Positions 1-12,621 of a stretch of DNA of 64,000 nt are shown here, piece by piece. The stretch covers positions 62,001 through 126,000 of the forward strand of contig BAAIJX010000025.1 in NCBI GenBank assembly GCA_054600435.1, given 5' to 3'. Origin of the DNA: Neophaeotheca triangularis. Its lineage: Eukaryota. Position 1 is the first letter of the stretch. Each line of letters begins with the position of its first letter. The position numbers and the translations under genes are program-made. The notes below the pieces were generated by a model, which did no database searches, was not told the DNA's origin, and saw only the letters and a program-made list of their open reading frames with translations.

Positions 1-778
1 GGTGTACTCAAGCTTCACTGGCAGACCCTTCTCGAATGAGATGGTGAAGTCCTGAGGCTGGTTGGGGGCTTGGGTGATGGGGTCCGCGGTGAGCTTCCAC
101 ATGTCCTCTGGGGCAGCAGTGTTGGGGTCCTCGAGGATTCCGGCCTCGTAGGAGCAGTGTGCCAGGTTTTCGTCCATGCTCCAGGGCTTACTCTTGGTGC
201 TTGAGACTGGAATGCCCGTCTGCGCGGCGTAGTCAAGCAGAGCGTCGCGGCCCGGGAAACGGTTGTAGAAGACAGGGTCGCGCCATGGTGCAATGACTGT
301 GATGCTGGGCTGCAGCGCGTAGAATGCGAGCTCGAAGCGCACTTGGTCGTTGCCCTTGCCCGTGCAACCGTGGGAGACGGCGAAGCAGCCCTCCTTTTGA
401 GCGACGGCGATCTGAGCGCGAGCAATGACGGGACGGGCGAGGGAGGTGCCGAGGAGGTAGACGTTCTCGTAGATGGCGTTGCAGGCAATGGCAGGGTAGC
501 AGAGCTCCTCGATGAACTCGCGGCGAAGGTCCTCAATGTAGCATTGGCTGGCACCAATCTTCAATGCCTTCTCTTTGGCTGCTTTGAAGTCCTCCTCCTG
601 ACCAACATCGGCCATGAAACAGACGACCTCATAGCCTTGGTCCTGGTTGACTAGTCAGAATGGCAACCTTCACCGCTACCTTGACTTTTTTGATGTTTCG
701 ACTCACCAGCAGGTACCGCAGGATGCAGCTCGTGTCAAGACCGCCGGAATAGGCGAGGCAGACTTTTCCTTGGGCCAT
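1..778 (-). CDS. ARG1: Argininosuccinate synthase, 5' part (continues beyond window start); exons 778-707 and 642-<1
   Basis: Spliced translation MAQGKVCLAYSGGLDTSCILRYLL|DQGYEVVCFMADVGQEEDF contains the ASS LAYSGGLDTS P-loop; downstream HGCTGKGNDQVRFE motif; intron 706-643 is GTGAGT..CTGAC..CAG. Confidence 0.96.
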
Positions 779-1934
779 ATTGTTTTGTTGTTTTTGCTGT
801 AGCTTCGGTGCTTTCGAGGGATATGTTGGAGCGGCGTCTAAAGGTCAATGGCTGATGGTATTGTCGCAAACGGCAGCGTTGTTGAGAAAAATAAGACGCG
901 ACTCACACCAAGCAGCGTTATCTTATCTCGTACCTTGCGCATGCGACCGCCGATATCGCTTCGCCTGGACGGACATAAATTTTCGACCTGTCTATCATGG
1001 TGCACTACCTACCTTTAGGTACCTATAGGTATTTTTGTTGAAGTCGAGATATGCATCGTTGTTGTGACAGCCGCAGGACAAATGTTGAAGATGTATGTCT
1101 CTTGATTGTTGGCAGGTAACAAAAAGGCTCTCAAAAGCCGTGATAGAGGATTAAAAGCAAGTATCCGATCTAGATCTGACCAAACCCAGGTGTTCAGAGA
1201 CCAGTACGACTTGACGCCCCCCCCCAGTCCAGCAAGACCCCAGAGATGTGAGGTTCAGCATGGAACAGCAGACAGCCGTTAAAGTGAAGCTGCCCGCCCT
1301 CCCTCCTTATGTAGCGGTATCCCTCCCAACCTTTTGCCTTTTTGGTATGAAAACGCCATTTCCGCAGCCCGTTGAAAATGATCCCCTCGTAACGCCTTGC
1401 TAGAAGTATCGCATCAAAAAAGGCAAGCAGTCAAGATTTTTTTTGGCCATCCCCCCAAGTTCTGCCGAACGCGACAAATGAGTAAGCAAAACATAGCAAT
1501 TTAAAGAAGCACAACCAAAGCAACCACGCTTGGTGATCACGGGTTCCCGTTTTGCTACGAATCAACGCGCGCTAAAAGCAAACAAGCAAACAGTTAAAAT
1601 AAACGCATCCAGGAATAGTCTATCGGTAGGTCGAGAATGCCCGCGCCAAATTCGCGTAAGTGTTGGTCGATAACAGATTTCCTCTGTGATGCGTCCAGCA
1701 ATGTCGTGAAGGCGCAGGTCGTAATAGTCGTAGAAAGTGTGTGCAGTGAATGCAACATCAGGGGCAATGTCCCTCGAAGTGCCAAGAGCAAAATGCTCGT
1801 AAGAACGGATTGCAAGCTTTTGGTGCTTCCAGAATCCCAAATGGAAATGCAGGTTGTGGAGGCGTAAGAACGCTCAGATGAGACGTAGTTCCAATGGGGC
1901 CAACCATGTTGGTGCGCCAGTGAATTGAGCCCAT

Positions 1935-3340
1935 TCAGCCCATCACAGTCTGTGCCGAATAGCTTGGCGCCATTGGGTAAGGACGGTAGTGCTGCTGGTA
2001 CACGCAAGCAGAGCAGCCGCAGTCGTAGCGATGTGTTCCATTCCAGGCGGAATCCCAGCTGGGGGTGTAAGGAGCGGGCTGATAGTACGACTGGGGGACA
2101 GCACTCTGCGCGTAGTAAGCGGAGTGGTGTGCGCGCTCCTCGGCAACCCGGCGGTTGGCTTCATCAATCTCGCTGAGGGTGGGGTAGCGCTGTTGACGTT
2201 CTCCCTGGTACCAAGGACCAACATTCGCGTAAGAAGTGTTGATGTATCCAGGCGGGCGGGACGACAGAGGCGTGTCTTGCGAGCGGGCAGAGCTGTACGG
2301 CGACGGGTAAGGAGACCACCTGTCGTTCCTGCTTGGTTGGCGACCAATCGAAGTGTCAAGAGGCGACAGCCTGGCGGTGCTCATGTACTGTTGCTTGGCA
2401 GCCTTCTCGTTGTCGTAAGACTTCCACGTATCAAGCCAAGCCTGAAGCCCATGGGGAGTGTTTGGATCAACGTGAAGCTGGTACCCGATGAGGTCGAGCC
2501 ACTTCATCTCCAACATGTTGAGCTCCGAAACCTTGATAGCAGTCACGTCAGACCAGGAGCGGTTGATGAACGTGTTGTCGTCAAGGAATTTGCTGCCCAA
2601 GATAAGAGCGACGGCCAGAAGTCGGTAGACTTGGTTCTCGCCAGGAGTCACGGTGCTTGGGAAAACCTTCAGACGGTCACTTAGGTAGTGCAAGCTGAGC
2701 AGTATCGTGGCGGATGGAAGCCTGGTTGCGGACAACACCTGGTGAACCCACTTGCGGAACGAAGTGGGACTGTGCATAGTCTGCTGGAAGCTTTATATTG
2801 CGTCAGTAAGACCGCCAATATCCTCAAGGTGCGGTGCTGTACTCACATTGACTGAGTGGCTTCCGTAACGAAGTCGGTCATGCGATCCATCTCGTAGTCT
2901 AACTTCGCTGAAACACCGCCTGTGGGCTTCTCCTCTTTCGCAACCTGCCTCGGCTGCTGCTGAGCAACCCGGTCGTCCTGCTCTTGCTGCAGCCTGCGCT
3001 GATAGTCATCGCCAAAAGACAAGCGATCTTGAATCCTCAGCGGCGGAAGCACAGGCGCACCCATCGGCTCGTAGTAGCTGGAGATCGAAGGCAGAGTCGT
3101 GGTTGGCTGGTAAGCGGGCTGGTGGTAGGAGTAGGTTGGCGGTGCTGGTGCGACTGCTGGGTGCATGTAGCCTTGAGGGTAGTCATATGCACTCTCGTGA
3201 TGACCCTGACTGAGGTTCGCGTGCGGCACATATGGGTCTCGCGGGTAGTGCATGTTGCCGTAAGAGTAGCCTGAACCGGAGTCTGGAGGCGTGATAGGCG
3301 CTTGACTGCCCGCCATGGAGCGGTTGTAGAAGGCTGGCAT
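1935..3340 (-). CDS. Pcl/Clg1-type (Pho85-family) cyclin, 449 aa; exons 3340-2847 and 2790-1935
   Basis: Cyclin box FRKWVHQVLSATRLPSATILLSLHYL...ALILGSKFLDDNTFINRSWSDV; GGVSAKLDYEMD precedes it; intron 2846-2791 (GTGAGT..CTGAC..AAG) restores the frame. Confidence 0.88.
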
Positions 3341-3385
3341 GCTTGAAGCAGGGGATGAAGTGAAGAAACGGTGCCGGCTCGCAAC

Positions 3386-3443
3386 CTGGAGATCTGTTAG
3401 GTATGCGGCCGATAGCAAGGAGTGCCACTGATCCGATACGAAC
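3386..3443 (-). other. Predicted 58-nt intron in the cyclin 5' leader
   Basis: GTTCGT donor, CTAAC branch, CAG acceptor 45 nt before the ATG. Confidence 0.65.
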
Positions 3444-3508
3444 CGTTTCTTGCTCTTCAGCGCACCGACACAGGCTGAGCGCCTGCTCTGTAGGAAGAGG
3501 TGCAAGCT

Positions 3509-3526
3509 CTACTGTGTGCTACTCAT
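3509..3526 (-). promoter_or_regulatory. Short uORF (MSSTQ*) in the cyclin leader
   Basis: ATG AGT AGC ACA CAG TAG; the only minus-strand ATG I found between about 4260 and the cyclin start. Confidence 0.55.
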
Positions 3527-4765
3527 GCGACAAATCGTTGGCAAGTGAGTTTGAGTGAGTTTAAGTAGATCTTGGGTATCGATCTGGAACCCCTCGGGCT
3601 GTGCGCGTTGTTGATGGATCCTTCCTTTCGATGAAGTCGGTCGGTGAGGGCAAGTGTGAGGCTTGCGTAAGTTGGGTTGCCTGGTAGAGGGTGCAGTTCT
3701 CGTTTCGGCGTATTATGGGATCGCTAAGGACTTTGGCAGTGCAAGTGAATGACTACCAAATGAGAAGAGGAGTGGCCCGTTGGAAGTGTAATGGGTCGGA
3801 GAGATGACACCTAGGCCGGTGACGCGAAGAAACAAGGAGAACGCTTCTCAACAACAACAAGTGTCTGCTGGTGAGAGGGTTCAAGACTTGTTTGTACCGA
3901 GCGAACAGACCGGTGCCTGGATTAGGGGACGAGGCGCAGGTGTGTCGTAGGTGAGAGAAGTGAGGTGATAGGGTGTGTGTGGTAAGGTATTATTGCGCAG
4001 CCGCGTTTGCGGGCGGAGATGCAAGGTTTTCCTGTCCCGTCGCTCACGAGTCGAAGCGGCGCGCAAAGCAACAATACCCGGGCGAGGATTTTCGCGATCA
4101 CTGGTGCCTGCCGTGACGAGAAAATGGAGAGAGAGACAGTGAGTGGCTTGACTGGGTCGAGGTCGCCGGGAGAGATGGCGGAAGAGGGGGGGAGAGATTA
4201 TTATTCGGCGTGGAAGAGGAGAGAGAAGAACGGGAGCAAGCGGGTGTGGTATGGAGTGGTGTGGTGAGATAACTACTGTACATTATTAGTGTACTATTAC
4301 CTAGTATGTAGAACTCTATGTATGAGCAACAAGACTCCGCCTGTGCTGGTCGTGCCTGCTCGCTGGCTGGCCCGGTGGCCGCGCTGCTCGCTCTTTCGGG
4401 GGACCAGTTGTGACCAGTCCTGTGTCTTGGCACGCTTTGGCGCGACTCAATCATAATTTCGGCAACGTTTTTAGCCACCCACGGCTACCTAAGTAATAAT
4501 AATAAGGTACCCTCCCTAACACACTCTCTCACAAAATGGTGACACTTTGATTAAACAACCCCTAGATGAGTTTTGAGCACCGGTGTAGTTGGAACAGACG
4601 AAACGGGCAATGTTAGCCCATACAACAATTGCCCTCCCTGAACAGAAACACGCGCCGTGCGTTTTCTCCATCGGCAGCAGCAGCTCCGTCGGCTTCCAGG
4701 TTATTACTTGACCTCGTTCCCGCGGACTCGAGCTGCACCCTGCCCCCCCGGTGGCTACGGCGGGC

Positions 4766-4785
4766 GATGATGATGATGATGATGA
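4766..4785. repeat. (GAT)6 microsatellite
   Basis: gatgatgatgatgatgatga. Confidence 0.9.
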
Positions 4786-4858
4786 CCACCTGCACACAGC
4801 CGGCAGACGGGAAACGCGAGACGACCGGGGCCAGCCCCAACTCGCCAAAGTCTCCAGC

Positions 4859-4890
4859 ATTATTATTATTATTATTATTGTTGTTATTAT
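4859..4890. repeat. (ATT)n imperfect microsatellite
   Basis: attattattattattattattgttgttattat. Confidence 0.9.
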
Positions 4891-5756
4891 CTCGGCCGTT
4901 TGGTGAACACCTTATTAATTAGCTTCATGAAGTCACTTTTGCACATGTATCTTCTCACAGAGACTTCAAGCTGCCGTGCTTGAAAGCCGGCCTGCTCCGT
5001 ATGGTACTGTATTAGTATACTGTACCGCACCCTTCGCCCCATCGTAACCGGATGGAGCAAATGGAGGCGTGGAGGGACGGGTGGGAGAGGGCGTGCTGAG
5101 CAAAAACATTATTGGTGGAGTACTACTAGGTGGTGATGTGAAGAAACCGCATATCGTCGCATTAATCGCTTGCACACCTCCAAACTCCGCATAAATCCGC
5201 CTCGTCTTTTCACGCTTACTACCTTGTAGTCAGTCCCTGCTGGACCGAGCACGGCTCGAGCTGCACGCACTTGATGCTGCACTACAACAACGACACCCAC
5301 GCCGACTCGCGTGGCCATCTCGCGTTGGCGAGCGTTGGCAGATCGTTGATGAGATTGTGCGTGCCTCCATGATCTCAAAGGTCCCACGGTCAACATGATA
5401 GGAGGTGTGTACCTAGTCCTCCGGTCACCGACTCCAAGCATATCAGTGAGGCTGGTCACCCTCAGATATCGATCACAGCCCGGAGCATGTAAGACGGTTC
5501 TGTGTCTTCTGACCTTCCATCGGTCACGTAACTTTGGTGTAAGCGATGTTCCTCACATCGCATATTTGGTGTTCCACATAACGAAACGACGTCAAGCTCA
5601 GAACATAAACAAATTCGTAGTATACATAATAATAGCTTTATTAAGTCGCACACTGCAAAAAAAAGTTCGGGCCATGTTAATTCATTCATCGTACCCCGTG
5701 TATATTCCTTGCGCCGACTCCCCCACCCGGTTTCAAGCTCTACCTTGGCGCGACAT

Positions 5757-6699
5757 CTAAGCGTATTGCTGATATTGCTGCCCCCTGCTTTGTTCTTTGT
5801 AGTATTCCCCGACACCCTGCGGCGCTCCAGGTTGTGTCGCCTCATCACTCACCTCGCCATCCCTCTCCTTGTAAGCGGGTGGAGATGCGTAGCTTCTTTG
5901 GCGTCTTCTCTTGATCTCTCCAAAGACTGCACTCGCAACGTAAGCGAGCCACATAACGCCTGCGACCACGCCGTAGGCAATAATCTGCCCATCGGTTGGT
6001 GCGCCCATCCCCGTCATCCTCGCCAACCTGAGTCCCAGCCCTCCATTGATGATACCGAGCGTGATGCCAATTCTGCCGAGCCAGATGTGGCCGTACGACC
6101 AAATCACGCGTCGAGAGTGTTTCTTAAACATTATGTGATGCAGCACGCCGAGAAAAGGTTGGAAGAAAAGGAGGACAAGCAACACGATACCGATGATCGG
6201 ATGGCTGTTGCTCAGTAGATCACCAGGCATGTTGATAGCGAGCCAGACGCCAATGCCAAATGCGGCGATGTAGATGAGGTAGGCGAGGGTTTGGAAGAGA
6301 CCGTGGACGAGCCAAAGACCGCGGAAGGAGCCAAGTCGAATCAAGATCGCGCCGATAGGGAAAAACAGGACAAAGGCTAGAGAGGCCATTACACCGTGCG
6401 CGATGAGAACATTTGGTGAGTGACCAAAGTTGCCTCCGCCACCGAAGAAGCCGGATTGGCCATTCGCGGAAGGGTTGTTGCTGCTGCTGCTACCACCTCC
6501 AGAATTATCGTCGCCGCCACCGTTGGCAAATGGGTTGTTGCTGGAGTCGTAGCCATTAGAATCGTCGCCGCCATAGTTGCCGAACTGTGCTTGGCTTGAG
6601 ACGGCTGGGTGACGAACGTGTTAGAGACGTAGTTCCCCGATAAGTTGGGTGAAGCTACTTACCCAAAGCCAATGTGAGGAGAGTCTGCCTGAAAGCCAT
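5757..6699 (-). CDS. Cytochrome b561 (FRRS1/CYBDOM-like) membrane protein with signal peptide, 294 aa; exons 6699-6663 and 6604-5757
   Basis: MAFRQTLLTLALAVSSQA signal, then a G/N/S-rich segment, then IAHGVMASLAF..WLVHG..SHPIIG..LHH..GHIWLGR heme-ligand His pattern with 5 TM segments; intron 6662-6605 is GTAAGT..CTAAC..CAG. Confidence 0.82.
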
Positions 6700-7424
6700 G
6701 GCGCAGAAAAGGGGATGCAGACGCAGAAAAAGTTGGGAGTCGGAAAGCGTGAGAGCGAACCACAGACCTTATATTATTATTATCATCTGCGTAGTAACCT
6801 ACCAAGTACCCTACCAACGTGCCCGAGATGGAAGAAGTCCGCCGGACAATTGCTCAGCGATCTGCAACGATGTTACGCCAGAGATGCGCCCTTCCTGCGT
6901 CCAAAGCATGACGTCGGACCTTACGGTTTCTCCAACGCTCCGGCTATCCAAACAACTGCTTGCGAGACCCATGATTACGCGTAGGACTGACTCTGCTAGG
7001 ACAAATACCTCCCAGCAGTAAAAGGACGGTGATGGCGGGCTTTCGTATGAACTCGGCATTCGGAGGGGAGCCGCTCGGTAGGGCTGCACCGCTGGATCTT
7101 GTCATGGCTGCCGACGTGTCTGGAGTAGCTTCAATCGTCACGTGCCTGGCATCTTGAAGTTACTGGATTATTTTTTTGGTCAAGTGGAAAAGAAAGGGTG
7201 CTAGGTGTTGTCTCCAGGGATTTGATACAAGATAGGTGTGGGAATGTTTCGTTTTTGGCCTGCACAGGGCGTTGTAGCTGCTGTCCAAGACGGAAGGTTC
7301 GACCCGAAACTTAGCCGATCTCGCTGCCTTTTGTCAGCAGTGACGATGGGGTTGGCTACCTCAAGCAAACCTAAGACCACGATCATTATTTGACAAACCT
7401 CTTCACCATACTAGTGATCGCACC

Positions 7425-8090
7425 ATGGCCACGCCTCTCAACCCAAGGATGTATCACCAATTAGCGATACGTGCGATGCGCGCAACCCCTCGCTATCGCC
7501 CGGCTTCACTGAGTGTAGCAGCTTCCCGTCTGCATACTACTGCGCCACCGAGGACTCGAGCCGTACCCTCTGAACTTACTAGCGCGACGAGACTATCAGG
7601 CTGGAGTTTTAAAACCGGTTCCATCTTCAAGCAAACTTCCCAGCGACGCAACATCTCTGCGACCCCTACGAGAAAGGCTCGAGCCATCGCCAATCCACGC
7701 AAGAACGACGAAGGCGAAGACATGGTCATCAACATCACACCTCGTGCAGCCAACAGACTACAGAGCATTTCGGAGAATGACAACAACCCCGATCTGGCGC
7801 TTCGAGTAGCTGTTGAAAGTGGCGGCTGTCACGGTTTTCAATACCTTATGAGCTTAGTAAACATCTCCGACATCGATACATCAGAGGATACGCTGTTCGA
7901 AAATGAAGATGTTGCGAAAAAGACGGGTACCTACAAGGCGAAGGTTGTCATGGATGAGCCGAGTCTGGAGCTGCTGAGTGGTAGCAGTATCGACTATACG
8001 ATGGAGCTTATTGGCAGTCAATTCAAGGTTACTGGGATACCCGGAGCCAAGAGCAGCTGTGGTTGTGGGACCAGCTTCGACGTGGCTTGA
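7425..8090 (+). CDS. ISA2: Mitochondrial A-type iron-sulfur assembly protein (Isa2-like)
   Basis: LRVAVESGGCHGFQY and C-terminal SSCGCGTSF motifs; Arg/Ser-rich N-terminal presequence. Confidence 0.88.
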   Translation: MATPLNPRMYHQLAIRAMRATPRYRPASLSVAASRLHTTAPPRTRAVPSELTSATRLSGWSFKTGSIFKQTSQRRNISATPTRKARAIANPRKNDEGEDMVINITPRAANRLQSISENDNNPDLALRVAVESGGCHGFQYLMSLVNISDIDTSEDTLFENEDVAKKTGTYKAKVVMDEPSLELLSGSSIDYTMELIGSQFKVTGIPGAKSSCGCGTSFDVA

Positions 8091-8619
8091 GGAGGCGAGA
8101 TCGTGGATACGGAAGATGCAGTAAAAACCATACGATGATATGCTATGGGCAAGGACACGATGGGAGGGCAGGGACAGTGTGCTGTGTTCTTTAGCGAGGC
8201 GTTGGTGTAATGAGCAAATTTGGGTGCTTTCCAGGGCGTTCGAGCATCAAAAAAGATCTTTAGATGATCACACCTGTGTATCGATTTCTACCTAGGCGGC
8301 AATGAGCATCCTCAGCAACCTTGACACCTCCCACGGTTCCCGTGCACTACCCAAAGGATCTTGATCTTATCTTATCGGTAGAGGTCTCAGGTGGGGTGGA
8401 GCTCTTGTTGAGCTCGGGACCCTGCCTGATCGTTTGGCGGGGAAGTAGTAGTGAAGAAACACCAACTACGGGCAAAGTCCACCAGGGCAGGGCACCTCTC
8501 AACTTGCATCACGCTAGGCCAACCGTTTCTCGTTGACTTGCTACAATTTCCCTATCCAATTCGAACCTCTGTTGCTCTCTCCCTTCAGTTCAGACTCTCC
8601 CATACCATCACGAATAACC

Positions 8620-10354
8620 ATGAGCGTCAAGACAGTGTCCACCAAGCCTTACCAGGACCAGAAGCCGGGAACGTACGTCAATCCACTGGTTGCACCAAAC
8701 ATTATGTCAAGAAACACTCATTGACTTTCCTTCCCTCGACAGCTCCGGTCTTCGTAAGAAGGTCAAGGTCTTCCAGCAGGAAAACTACACCGAGAACTTC
8801 GTCACCGCCATCCTTCAGTCCATCCCAGAAGGCGCTGATGGCTCGTTCCTGGTCATCGGCGGTGATGGCCGCTACTACAACCCCGAGGCCATGCAAGTCA
8901 TCGCGAAGATTGGCGCAGCTTACGGTGTCAAGAAGCTCCTGATCGGTCAAAATGGCATCATGTCCACACCTCATGCCTCTCACATGATCCGCATCAAGAA
9001 GGCTACTGGTGGCATCTTGCTCACGGCCAGCCACAACCCTGGCGGGCCTACCGAAGACTTTGGCATCAAGTACAACCTCGCCAATGGCGCCCCAGCTCCC
9101 GAGAGCGTCACAAACGCCATGTTCGACAAGTCCAAGTCTCTCACTGAATACAAGATCGCCGACATCCCCGATATCGACCTCTCGACGATTGGCACTCAGA
9201 CCTACGGCCCACTTGAGGTCGAGATTGTCCACAGCACTAAGGACTACGTCTACATGCTCAAGGACATCTTTGACTTCGACTTGATCAAATCTTTCCTCAA
9301 GGAACACCCAGATTTCAAGATTCTCTTCGATGGCCTCAGCGGTGTGACTGGTAGCTACGGAGTGGACATCTTCGAGAAGGAGCTTGGCCAAAAGGGCAGC
9401 ACTCAAAACTGCGAGCCCAAGCCCGACTTTGGCGGACATCACCCGGACCCCAACCTTGTCTACGCCAAGTCGCTTGTTGACGCCGTCGACAAGAACGGCG
9501 TGCACTTCGGCGCCGCTTCTGACGGCGACGGTGACCGCAACATGATCTACGGCGCCAACTCGTTCGTCTCCCCCGGCGACTCTCTTGCCATTATCGCTCA
9601 CCACGCCGATCTCATCCCCTACTTCAAGAAGCAAGGTGTCTACGGCCTCGCGCGGTCTATGCCGACCTCTGGCGCCGTCGACCTTGTCGCCAAGAAGAAG
9701 GGTATCAAGTCGTACGAAGTGCCAACTGGCTGGAAGTTCTTCTGCGGTCTCTTCGACTCGAACAAGATGAACATTTGCGGCGAGGAGTCTTTCGGCACTG
9801 GTTCCAACCACATTCGCGAGAAGGACGGTCTTTGGGCTGTTGTGGCTTGGCTCAACATTATTGCTGGCGTCGGACAACAGACTGGCAGCACCCCCAGCAT
9901 CAAGAGCATTCAGCAGGACTTCTGGAAGGTCTACGGCCGCACATTCTTCACCCGCTACGACTATGAGGGGTGTGAGACCGAGGGCGCCAACAAGATGACG
10001 GCACACATGAAGGAGCTCATCACCACTAAGAAGAGCGAGTTTGTCGGCTCGGACGTTGCTGGACGCAAAGTGGTTGAGGCGGACGACTTCAGCTACACCG
10101 ATCTCGACGGCAGCGTCAGCAAGAACCAGGGTATTTACGTCAAGTTCGACGATGGCAGCCGTATCGTTGTGAGGTTGTCTGGTACTGGCTCGAGTGGCGC
10201 GACGATCCGTCTGTACGTGGAAAAGCATGAGACGGACCCCAGCAAGTACGAGATGGACGCGCAGGAGTACCTCAAGGAGCCGGTGCAGATGGCCGTCAAA
10301 CTGTTGAGGCTTGCGGAGTACATTGGCAGGACCGAGCCTGACGTCAAGACGTAA
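8620..10354 (+). CDS. PGM2: Phosphoglucomutase, 554 aa; exons 8620-8672 and 8743-10354
   Basis: YQDQKPGT|SGLRKK, active-site TASHNPGG, metal loop DGDGDRN, CGEESFG; intron GTACGT..CAG. Confidence 0.97.
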
Positions 10355-11062
10355 AAGGGAGGGTAGACTGTGATGAAGACGATGAGCGTAGCAACGACAC
10401 CGTACGATGAATCAAAAGCGAGCCGCAAGCTTTAGCATCGATTTAGATTGATAGTAACGAGCCAACATGCATTCAGGACAGGTCAGTGAGCATGTCATTG
10501 ACCATGTGTGATCCGCCGACTTCGACGCTATGCGACCTTCGAGCGTTCTGCAACAACAGTAACACCGACGGCCGGTTGACGACCTGCTGAACGCCGCAAG
10601 AAAAGAGACCAGAGTAAAGTGGGAAGACTACTAGCTTATGCTGTAACAGTCGTCGAGGAATCGGTCTTCAACGAAAATAGATAAAGTGATAGATTCAGCT
10701 GTGTGACTGTCAGACCAGCAAAAACAGCCGGTGACTAGCGTGTAGATGTTCTGGCCAATAATTGAGCGGAATCTCCGCCCCTCTGTGCATGACGTCTCCC
10801 CTTTGCCCCACGCTCCAGCTCCTCCCTACCTTCCAGCTGATGAGACGGTTTGGACGTACCCCTCCCTTGTCTTTTATTACTTTGGACGGCGCTACTATTT
10901 TGCTGCCAGTTGATCTATCTTACCTCCCACGCCCTTACACATTCCGGCTCCTCACTTCTTCGGTCCCTCAACCCTATACACGCCGCCACACAGACCTGAT
11001 CTCACGACTCGAACAACGCCCCGGCCATCACCCTACACGCCCCCAACAGTACCTTTGCCGCC

Positions 11063-12262
11063 ATGTCTTCCAAAGAAGAGGGCGCTGCCGTGCCACCGGC
11101 TGCCAAAGGATCATGGTCATCGTTCCTCAAGTCGATAGCCTCGTTCAACGGCGACCTGTCCTCCATGACGGCGCCGGCCTTTATCCTTTCCACGACCTCC
11201 CTGACAGAATTCTCCGCCTACTGGGCCGAAATGCCCCGCCTCCTATGCGCACCAGCTCAAGAGAAAGACCCCAAAAAAAGATCGATGCTCGTGCTCAAAT
11301 GGTTTCTCAGTACGCTCAAGCAACAATACGCCAGCCGCAACGAGAAGCTCGGCAGCGAAAAGAAGCCCCTGAACCCCTTCCTCGGTGAACTGTTCCTCGG
11401 CCAGTGGGACGACGAGTGCGGCACCACGCAGCTTGTGAGCGAGCAAGTCTCGCACCACCCGCCCGTCACCGGCTACAGCATCTGGAACAGCAAACACGGC
11501 GTGGCCTTGCAAGGTTACAACGCCCAAAAGGCAAGCTTTAAGAGCACCATCAACGTCAAGCAAGTGGGCCACGCAATCCTGCACCTGGACGCCTACGACG
11601 AGGACTACGTCATTACCCTCCCATCGCTGCACATTGAGGGTCTGATTACGGGCTCACCCTACGTCGAATTGAACCGCAGCAGCTACATTGTTTCCTCGTC
11701 CGGCTACACAAGCCGCATAGACTACAGCGGCAGGGGCTGGGTGTCTGGAACCAAAAACAGCTTAAGCGCCGTCATGTACCCGCACGGCAAGGAAAAGAGC
11801 AAATCTGACATTCTCTACACCGCCGAGGGCTCCTGGAGCGATAGTTTCGAGATTAAGGATGCGCAAACCAAGAAAGTCGTGGAGAAATACAACTCCAAAG
11901 CAGAGCCGAAGACCCCTCTGACAGTCGCGCCCGTGGAGGAGCAGGATGAGATGGAGAGCAGACGCGCATGGAGCAAGGTTGCCAAGGCCATTGAGAAGGG
12001 CGACATGAACACCACGAGCGCCGAGAAAACGGTCATTGAGGAGCGTCAGCGGGAGATGCGGCGGAAGGAGGCGGCCGAGGGTAAGGAATGGCAACGACGC
12101 TTCTTTACACGAGCAAACTCCTTGCCGGTTTTCGAGAAGTTGATCAAGGAGGTGCCGGGCGGGGGCTTGGAGCAGGATCAAACCGGAGGCATTTGGGTCT
12201 TTGACCAGGAGAAGGCGAAGAATTCGCAGCCGCCTTTCCAAACTGGCAAGTCGGCTGCATGA
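11063..12262 (+). CDS. KES1: Oxysterol-binding protein, Osh4/Kes1 subfamily
   Basis: WSSFLKSIASFNGDLSSMTAPAFILS, EKKPLNPFLGELF and the OSBP signature EQVSHHPP. Confidence 0.93.
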   Translation: MSSKEEGAAVPPAAKGSWSSFLKSIASFNGDLSSMTAPAFILSTTSLTEFSAYWAEMPRLLCAPAQEKDPKKRSMLVLKWFLSTLKQQYASRNEKLGSEKKPLNPFLGELFLGQWDDECGTTQLVSEQVSHHPPVTGYSIWNSKHGVALQGYNAQKASFKSTINVKQVGHAILHLDAYDEDYVITLPSLHIEGLITGSPYVELNRSSYIVSSSGYTSRIDYSGRGWVSGTKNSLSAVMYPHGKEKSKSDILYTAEGSWSDSFEIKDAQTKKVVEKYNSKAEPKTPLTVAPVEEQDEMESRRAWSKVAKAIEKGDMNTTSAEKTVIEERQREMRRKEAAEGKEWQRRFFTRANSLPVFEKLIKEVPGGGLEQDQTGGIWVFDQEKAKNSQPPFQTGKSAA

Positions 12263-12621
12263 TTGAGGCTAGGTTTGATCGGTATGCGTGCAGTTGTGTT
12301 TAGCGCCTAGTTTGGAGCACGAGGCGTTGGCTTGGGAGCGGGTTGCCGTGCCTTTTACATCGATTGAGGAGATGCGCAAGGACAGGACTGAATGCATTGG
12401 GATGAGTTGTATGATAAAACAAAACAAATACCTACGACATGGAAGTTTCAACACACACCGCTACCTTGGTAGTTTTCACAGGATTATCGTTACGAAACTA
12501 TGGACTTGGGCATGTTGCCTTAGGCAGGCGTGCGCATTATACTGGGTATCTCGTTGTGGTACATCGCCGCATCTTCTCCCCAACTCGGTAAGGCCGATTC
12601 AACCACGCTCTCGGCCAGCCA

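Noticed and set aside
899..905. CGACTCA near-match to the Gcn4/CpcA site upstream of ARG1
   Set aside because: Biologically plausible but only a single 6/7 match; insufficient
8702..10228. 508-aa ORF antisense to PGM
   Set aside because: Shadow of strong C-ending codon bias in a highly expressed gene; no recognisable domain. The same applies to antisense ORFs over RAD26, GH31, AQR, BTA1 and the enoyl-CoA hydratase
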